64,000 nucleotides of DNA, from positions 3,472,001 to 3,536,000 of the forward strand of contig CM074808.1 of NCBI GenBank assembly GCA_037447605.1, read 5' to 3'. Source of the DNA: Zygnema circumcarinatum SAG 698-1b. Lineage: Eukaryota; Plantae; Zygnematophyceae. Within the stretch, counting starts at the first letter, position 1. Each line of letters starts with the position of its first letter. Of this stretch, positions 50,529 to 64,000 are shown piece after piece. A program made the translations under genes and the position numbers. The notes beneath the pieces were generated by a model. The model was not told the origin of the DNA and searched no databases. It saw only the letters and a list, made by a program, of their open reading frames with translations.

Positions 50529-51218
50529 GGCGGAGCAGGGCGCAGCTCGCAGCAGCTGTTGCAGGCGCTGGCCGAGAGGGGGAAGAAGATGGCCAAGCCA
50601 TCCCCTTGTATTGGAGCGCCTTGTCACTGGGCCGCGTATCAGCCGTCCGATCTTGGAAATGGACGTTCTAGATTACGAACTGATCCTGAATTTACGGATC
50701 CCCATTCCATGATACATCACGTTTAACAGATTTTACAACAAGTTCGGGAAAGAACTGTAATTGTACTGTACTGTCTGTTCCATGTCGAGAATCTGACAAC
50801 CTGTTCAACTGATTCGTTTCCACAGATTCTGTTATTTAGCACATGGAACCCTGGTTAAGTCATGCGAACGTGGGGGCGCCACGTCACAGATATACGTATC
50901 GTACGTGGCCCAATCAGGTGATGTCACGTGGCACACAGGGAGCTCCAGATGAGTCCCTCCCCCCCTCCCTGCTCTCTGTGCTGGCTTACACTTTTGAGCA
51001 AAAACTTGAAATTAGGGTTTGGAACTATTCTCGCACAGAACTTCGGATTGGGGTTAAAGTTAGGGTTACGGTTCGAGCTAGATTTCCAGTGAAGATCAAG
51101 ATAGATTAAAATATGTATAGTTAGAACTAACTGCAGGAAAAGGAAAGAATCAAACCTGAAGCTGGAGCCAGGACTACAATAGTTGTGGGTATTTTTCCTT
51201 CATATATTTGAAAAAGCA
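50529..51218. promoter_or_regulatory. Divergent (putative bidirectional) promoter between RPL37A and HFLX
   Basis: 690 bp between head-to-head ATGs. Site II TGGGCC at 50628 and (reverse) 50907-50912; telo-boxes at 51012-51020, 50108 and 50241; CCAAT-N10-CACGTG at 50910-50930. Confidence 0.65.
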
Positions 51219-54200
51219 ATGGCAACCTTAATGCAGAGTTATTCTGCCGTAGGTTGTCATCTTGGAGCAGGACAATGTCTGCCAGAGGTTGGGCTTCAGC
51301 GAAGCCGACTGTTGCGGCAGAGCTGGCCATGGCGGGTGATGCATGCGACGGGAGTTCCTGGTGAGAGAGCTGCTTTTAGGGTTCATTGTTCGGGAGGGGG
51401 CCTTCCAAAGAAACGGAAAATGCGGGGAAAGGAAGTAGCGGAGGAAAGCGACTTATTGAATTCTGGCAGCCCAGCAGGAAATGTCAGTGTGAGCAGTTTC
51501 GTAGATTTGTTTGGAAAATGGGATCAGGATCTTCCCGAATTAGGGCAAACTGGGAACGCAGGGGTCGTTGATGTTGCTAGAGAGATAGGAGGGGTAGGAG
51601 GGGGGGAGGTAGAGGGAGCGACGGAGGAGGGAGGTACGGGAATTGAGATGGGATTAAGGGAGAGTGAGAGGAACCAGGAAGCGGCAGATTTTTGGATGCA
51701 GGTAAGGGGAGAGAAAACGGTAGAGGAGGAAGTGGGCGGGGAGGAGGAGGACGATATTTGGCAAAAGGGCTCGGCGGTAGAGTGGGGAGTTAGGGCAGAG
51801 GTGAAGGAGAGAAGATCAGCGAGACGGATGGACGGTGAGGAAGTAGAAGAGGATTTGACTCGGAGGTTCAAGCTACGTAACGGACGTGAGGTAAGCAACG
51901 ATTTTTTTCCTGAAAACGAAGCCTGCGAGGATGGTCTGTGTGGTCTGTTCTTAGAGTTCACATAAATTATGACATGCGGAAGAATTTTACTACCATTCGG
52001 ATAAGTGCCCTTCACATAAGACTGTTTGTTGAGGCACATTTGTATTACGGTTGCTACTAAGCACACGACGATTGTGCTGAAGCTATGTACCCTGATAAAG
52101 TCAAGTAGATGGACTCTTGTCAAAGTTTCCTTTAGCACAATCGATGCCGATTTGTGAACTACGAGGAGCCGCCAGGGACGTTGCTTGCCAGTGAATTGGG
52201 ATTGTTAATGTTTCTAATGAAGTGTGCCATAGTAGTTTGAGAAGCACTACTTAGCAATTTAAATGTCACTCACATTCCTTGGGGAGAACCTGGGGAAAAG
52301 ATGTTCTGGACTGCACAAAAATGAAAGCCGTACTCTTTATTTAAGTAGGTGTGTGCTGTGCATGTCAGGGCAGGTATTTGAAGAAAGGACGTATCTTGTA
52401 GGAGTGGATTTGAAGACACTTCCCCGAAACTCATTCAGTTCAGAAGAGTCCCTTGAGGAGCTTTCTCAGTTGGCGGAAACAGCTGGGTTATTGGTGATAG
52501 GCTCGACCTATCAAAGGTGGGCGATTTGTCCGTTGGGGAATTCTCGGATTTGAGCCTTTCCTTTTCCAATTTCATCAGAATGTGATGCAGACAGTGAAGC
52601 ATTGTCCGAGAAAAAGGTTGGGTCCTTATTTCATGCGTACATATTTTTTCACCCATGGCCTCTCTTCTGCCCCTATGGAAGTAAATCGCTAATTGCTAAG
52701 TATTTCGCTAATTGTTATTTTTACCAGGTTGGATCATCCAAACCCGAAGACGTACATCGGAGTTGGAAAAGTGGCGGAATTGAAGGCCGCTATTCAAGCG
52801 TATGGGGTGGAGACAGTTGTTTTTGATGATGAGCTGACACCGGGGTGAGAACGAATTCTTTTTCTTCGAATGTTTCGATATCAAAGGACTTAAGTTTAGT
52901 TAATTCTAGCGCCTATTTTCCCTTCTTTTGTTAGGTATGGGTGATTTCGTCCCTGAGTAGAGCACGTCAGTTTTGAAACAGAGAGTGGGACTGAGAGGGG
53001 GCGACAGAGAGAGAGAGAGAGAAGGAGAGAGAGAGAGAGTGAAGGGGGGGAAGGGCAGCCTTTCCTAATGGAGCTGACGGTGCTGTTTGCGGGCTAGAAT
53101 GGAAAATGATTTCCTGAGCACCCGCTGTTTTGGGGCAAGGGAATAATAGGCAGCTGAGAAATTTGGAGAAGGAATTCGGGGATGAAGTGCGGGTCTGCGA
53201 TCGGACGGCCCTCATTCTCGACATATTTAGTCAACGGGCAGCGACTAAAGAAGCCACTTTGCAGGTATAGAAGATTTTATTTTGCCTATTTCTTTGCAAA
53301 ACTGTTTCAAATCACCTATTTTGCAGTTTCCTCTGCACTTTTGTATCCTCTGAAGGGAATTAGGGTTGGAAGTGCAGGTGGAATTAGCCCAAACTGAGTA
53401 CCAACTTCCCCGCTTAACGCGAATGTGGTCTCATTTGGAGCGGCAAGCAGGAGGTCTCGTGAAGGGAATGGGAGAAAAGCAGATTGAAGTTGATAAGCGG
53501 ATATTGCGCACTAGGGTATTTTCGATATACTCCATAACTTTTGTATGTCTTTACGCATCGCACAAGCGGAAGGCAACGCCACGAGTACAGTAGCTATAAT
53601 CAGTTTTTGTTTTCCCAGAATTGGGAGTTTATTTGGAGTACATTGATGTCGTTGCTCTGCAGATTGCTCTTCTGAAGAGATCACTGGAAGCTGTGAGAGA
53701 GCATCGGCAACAGTACAGAGATAGGAGAGCAGCAACTCCAATCCCTGTCGCTTCTTTGGTGAAATCCTACTTGACTTCATTAGTGTAAAGGCAATGCTTA
53801 AACTAGTGCTCCAAGTCTCAGGTTACAAAGTCGAACAACTTCGTTCTGACCTGTTCAATTGAATCCTAACGTGGGCACCGCCGTTCTCTCAAAAACTCAA
53901 ATACTTTTGACTGTGGGCCGTTTGAGAGAGATTCTTCATGTAGTTCAGAACATGGAAAGTGAAGCTTGTGCAACTGGACTCCGTTGATGACATGTAAAAG
54001 GGGACAGGTGGGGTATACAAATGCCGGAAAAAGCACTCTCCTTAACCGACTCAGTGGGGCGGCGGTTCTCGCCGAAGACAAACTTTTCGCAACTCTCGAT
54101 CCGACAACTCGCAGAGTACAGGTAGGTAGTAGCTATCTGCAAGTCCTTCATGAATGCGAGTTTGAAAGGATGAGAGAACTTTAGGATTCACGGATGGGTT

Positions 54201-56055
54201 TGCTAGTGCGTATGACTGGACAACGGAACATAGAGCATGTGTGTGTCCCAAAATAAGTCAATTAATTTCCTTATCGTTGTTTTGGATGAAGCTGAAAGGG
54301 GGGAAGGGTCCTATGCTGCCTCTCTCTCTCTCTCTCTCTCTCTCTTTTTCGTCCCCTGTGGTTCTCCAGTTGCCGAGCGGCAAAGACTGCCTGTTCACCG
54401 ACACAGTCGGGTTCATCCAAAAGCTGCCAACTCAGCTGGTCAGCTTTCATATTTCACTTCAAATTTCTTCCTCTTTCTGGGCTGTGGTGGGGAAGAAAAT
54501 CGTGTCTTTGCCGTCAACTGAGTTAAGAGTACACCTTCAACTCGTGAATATACTGATAGGTTGTTAAGAGCTGGACAGGTGGCAGCATTTCGCGCGACGT
54601 TGGAGGAGATAAGTGACGCTTCACTTCTCGTGCATGTTGTGGACATAAGGTGGGTTGTGGGCATAGCACAGTTTTTTTAGTCTGGTGGTTTTACCTTTAG
54701 GTTATAGGAAGTTGTGGGTGTTTCATAATTTGAGGCAGAAAGCTCAAACATTTGACCAAAAAGCAGAAAGTTGATTCTTGTTCCGAAATTTGAGTTTCAC
54801 CTCACATTGCTCACAGCTTGGGGCCTATTATGGCAGCCATCCAATGGTGGAGCAGCAAACCAAAGCAGTAGAGAAAGTTTTGCGAGAGCTTGACGTGAAG
54901 CATATTCCTATTCTCACAGTGTGGAATAAGGCGAGCTCTCCCTCCCCCTTGTCTCCCTCTCCCTCCGTTTTCTCCCGGCCGCGAGTTTCCCTCGTTTCTT
55001 CTCGCTCAGTTTCCTCTCACCCGATATCCCCTTTCGTGTTCTGACCTATTCGTTCTCCCCGTTCTCCAATCCCCCCCAAAATTCTCCTTCTCCCCCCTTT
55101 CACTCTCTCTTTCCCCCTACCTTGTCCTCTGTTCTGCCCCCCTCCTCTCTCCCTTTCTCACTCTCTCCCTCTCTCCCTCTTTCTCTCTCTCTCCCCCCCT
55201 CTCTCTCCTTCCCTCCCTTTCTCTCTCTCTCTCCCTCTCACACACAAACACTTCACACGTGCAGATCGATCGTGCAGCCAATCCAAGAGCGCTGCGGAGG
55301 CTTGCAGAACGGCGAGGAGACACTGTCTGTATCTCTGCGCTTTCGGGAGAAGGAATGGGAGAGCTCTACGAAGCCATGGAGAGCATGATCAAGGTAGCTC
55401 TCCATGCAAATGTTAGCATGAGCATGCATGTTGACTACCAACAATGCACAAGTTAAAAAAAACGTAATGACCAGTTACGATTGCTACTTCCGGGCATTTA
55501 TGTTGTTGATGTTTGGTCCCCTTCAGGATCTCATGGTGCCAATAGAGGCGTGGGTGCCGTACGACCAAATGGACCTCCTAAATGTCATCCATAGACTTGG
55601 GATGGTGGAGCATGAGGTTCGTTACCCCTTCCCACTGCGCAAAGTCTTACGTTTGTTGAGACTACAAAGTTCACGTTTGAGGCAAACCCGTCTAGAAGAT
55701 TGCAAGCATGGATGGTGCCAGATTGCACAATCGTAGGTCGCAATTCAACCAGGGTAAAGCAACTTCATTCTACACAGGTGACGGGAGGGAGAGAAGGAGA
55801 GAGGGAGAGAGAGAGAGTTCAATCTCTTATTTTGCGGTTTTGATGGGACAGGAGTATCTGCCTGAAGGCACGTTGGTGCATGCACATGTTCCTTTGTCGC
55901 TATCGCGGCAACTTGTCCCTTACAGCCCACACAAATCAGCTCTCTCTATGTCTTCAAGCTTCGTGGGGGACGAAATGTTACATTTACCCGACTTTGACTT
56001 TTCCAAAGTCCCTGGTCTCGAGAGGATCATTGAGATCGATGCCGACGGGAAATAG
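51219..56055 (+). CDS. HFLX: HflX-family ribosome-associated GTPase, probably plastid-targeted; 13 exons
   Basis: Motifs [51 protein letters not shown]1 [18 protein letters not shown]3 DTVGF and G4 NKID (formed across a GC-AG intron at 54931). Confidence 0.96.
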
Positions 56056-56899
56056 AAGTTTCATGCATGGGATGGGTGGGGGCCCCAAAACGCTTTCAAA
56101 CGGTGTGTATTTCCGCCTTGTTGTTGTACATTACTTATCGCCGAATCACATAGAAAATTGGAAAGTCTGTTGTCATCGTGAAATAAAATGGGGTAACTGT
56201 GTGAAGTTCGGTTAGATAGGGGTTGTTTTTTCTGCTTTAGTAGCAGCAAAATGCTGGCCACCGTTTGGCAGTCAGAAAAGGGAGAGCCATGTGGGACCTT
56301 CCTTGTAGAAATGCGTAGTTCTTATTTACTGGCAAGCAAGGCTATCTATCAATGTACTATGTTTTCTATGTATGTACTTTCGCGAATAATCTCTCTTGGG
56401 CACATATTGAAAGTCCTGCAATGTTTTTACTGGCGAGCACATAATGTTTGGAATTGGATTCGAATCCATGTTGAATCAATGGTCAGAGACGTCATGTCAT
56501 CCATTAAACGGGGCCATATAAAAGCAAGTCTTCAAATATATTAGCCTTACAGTATCACCCCACATTAACAGCCACTCTTCCACGTGAGCTTGCTTTCAAC
56601 CCAAGCAACCTTTCCCAACACAGGATAGAGCTGGCATATGACCCTCGTGCTCATGGAGAGCAGGCTAACCAGAACTCCCCATCCATGTATGTCCTGTCAC
56701 GTCACGCGCCCCACCTACACTAAATTTACACTCCCTCCCATTGAAGCATCTGCTTGTTTCCAAATGAAAGGAAGCCAAAAACAGCTCCACTTCTGTACAC
56801 ATCTACTTCTAGTATCGATGCCACTCCCACCACCACACACTCGTTATCCTCACACTCCCACTCTCACTCTCACTCTTACTCTCCCTCCCTCCTCAGCAT

Positions 56900-62771
<5,872 letters not shown>

Positions 62772-63867
62772 TGTATTTCACAGAAGAAGATAGTAAACGA
62801 AAAAAAAATAAGGGAAACCAAGAAAAAATCCTTTAAGAAAAAATGCCCTCTCTCTCTCTCTCTCTCTCTTCAGAGAGGGATCCACCGCCCTCCCGTTCTT
62901 CTCCTATCGACCCCTTCGCGATTTGCCGCACTCTCTGTTCAACAAACTCAAAAATGGCGATAACCCAATTCAAAAAAGCCTCAAAATCAGAGAACCCACT
63001 TCCCGATTCCTTATTATATGAAAAAAATTCCCCTGAAATGTTTTTTCCAATTGCACGCTTCTCCCCTCTTTGCCACTTGAAATCATCCCCTCAATGTCTC
63101 GCAATAGGCCACAGCCCCTCCTCCCTCTCTCCGCCTTCTCTCTCTCTCTCTCCCTCTCTCTCCCTCTCTCTGCCTCTCTCTCTCCCACTCCCTCCCTCAG
63201 GCTCTTCCTCTCCCCCTCTCTCTCCCCCTCCGAACCGTCAACGGGAAAGTGGCTCTCCGCACTTTGCGGTCCAACGGCCGAAAGAGCCGTTGCGTGGTAT
63301 CCGCTGACCGTACAGTTTTGCAGGTGTGACGGACGGTCGACCAGAAACCACGGAGAAGTGCGACGGCTGGATGTGGATCTGACAATGAACGGTTTAGATA
63401 ACTCGGAGAATCGCGCAGGGAGCCACGATTCGAGTACAAATGGGGAACAGTGACGCTTTAAAAACTCAAATTTCCGTACTCTCGGTTCGCTGTTTATGGG
63501 TTTCTCGAATTATCGGTTTTTGCTTTTTGGACATGTTTTTTCTAAGAACATACCTTACTAGATTTTCCAAATTTCGTGCATAGAGCTGTAAAAATCATGT
63601 AAATTTTCACAGAGCTGTCACATGGAGCCATACCCGAATCTCTTTCTCAAAAAAAAAAAAAAGTACAAAAGCAGAACATCTCCACTTTGTCGGCTGTCTG
63701 GCACATCCACAAAACGACAAAATGTAGATTTCCTTCTGCTGAAACGCGAAACCGCCGTACCGTAACTCCCGAAGCGACCTCGTACAAAATCTTCGTAAGA
63801 TCTGTTTCAAATCCACCATCTACACGTGGGACTCTCTGATTCGTTCTGGAGTCCCACCTCGTCCCTG

Positions 63868-63879
63868 ATTGGTCCACGT
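63868..63879 (+). promoter_or_regulatory. ERSE-II / plant UPRE-like element ATTGG-T-CCACGT
   Basis: ATTGGTCCACGTG, with a neighbouring G-box at 63823 flanked at 10 nt by CAAAT and ATTCG. The target gene is unclear and may lie beyond the window. Confidence 0.45.
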
Positions 63880-64000
63880 GCCTCCCAGCTCAGCCCGCGG
63901 CAGGCAGTTGTCCAGGAGCCTTCTGTCGTTTGCACTTGACGCGGTTCGTCGATTTTTTGGGCCACCGACAAATGCGACTTTGAGCTTTGTCATGGACCGT

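Overview
Eukaryotic nuclear DNA from a green plant. It is intron-rich, with GA/CT-microsatellite-rich introns and about 12 genes in 64 kb; land-plant-like gene content with this intron style suggests a streptophyte alga or early-diverging plant (inference only). Genes were reconstructed by hand by splicing exons: a beta-hydroxyacid dehydrogenase (+), a DENN-domain protein (+, interrupted by a scaffold gap), NOMO (-), SWC5/BCNT (-), an ankyrin-repeat protein with a CYSTM-like tail (-), PP2C clade D (-), 6-phosphogluconolactonase (-), proline iminopeptidase (+), a fasciclin-like AGP (+), RPL37a (-), HflX (+) and a conserved uncharacterised plant protein (-). Two long-TIR Mutator/foldback-like non-autonomous elements are present. 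No rRNA, tRNA or CRISPR array was seen. The most striking unexplained pattern is a fixed-spacing CCAAT-N10-CACG (ERSE-type) motif found 7 times, all in promoter regions of functionally unrelated genes. Other highlights are five GC-AG introns, many purine-rich 3' splice sites, an ankyrin-CYSTM fusion and a two-exon acidic insertion in NOMO. No database searches were possible; family calls rest on recognised motifs.
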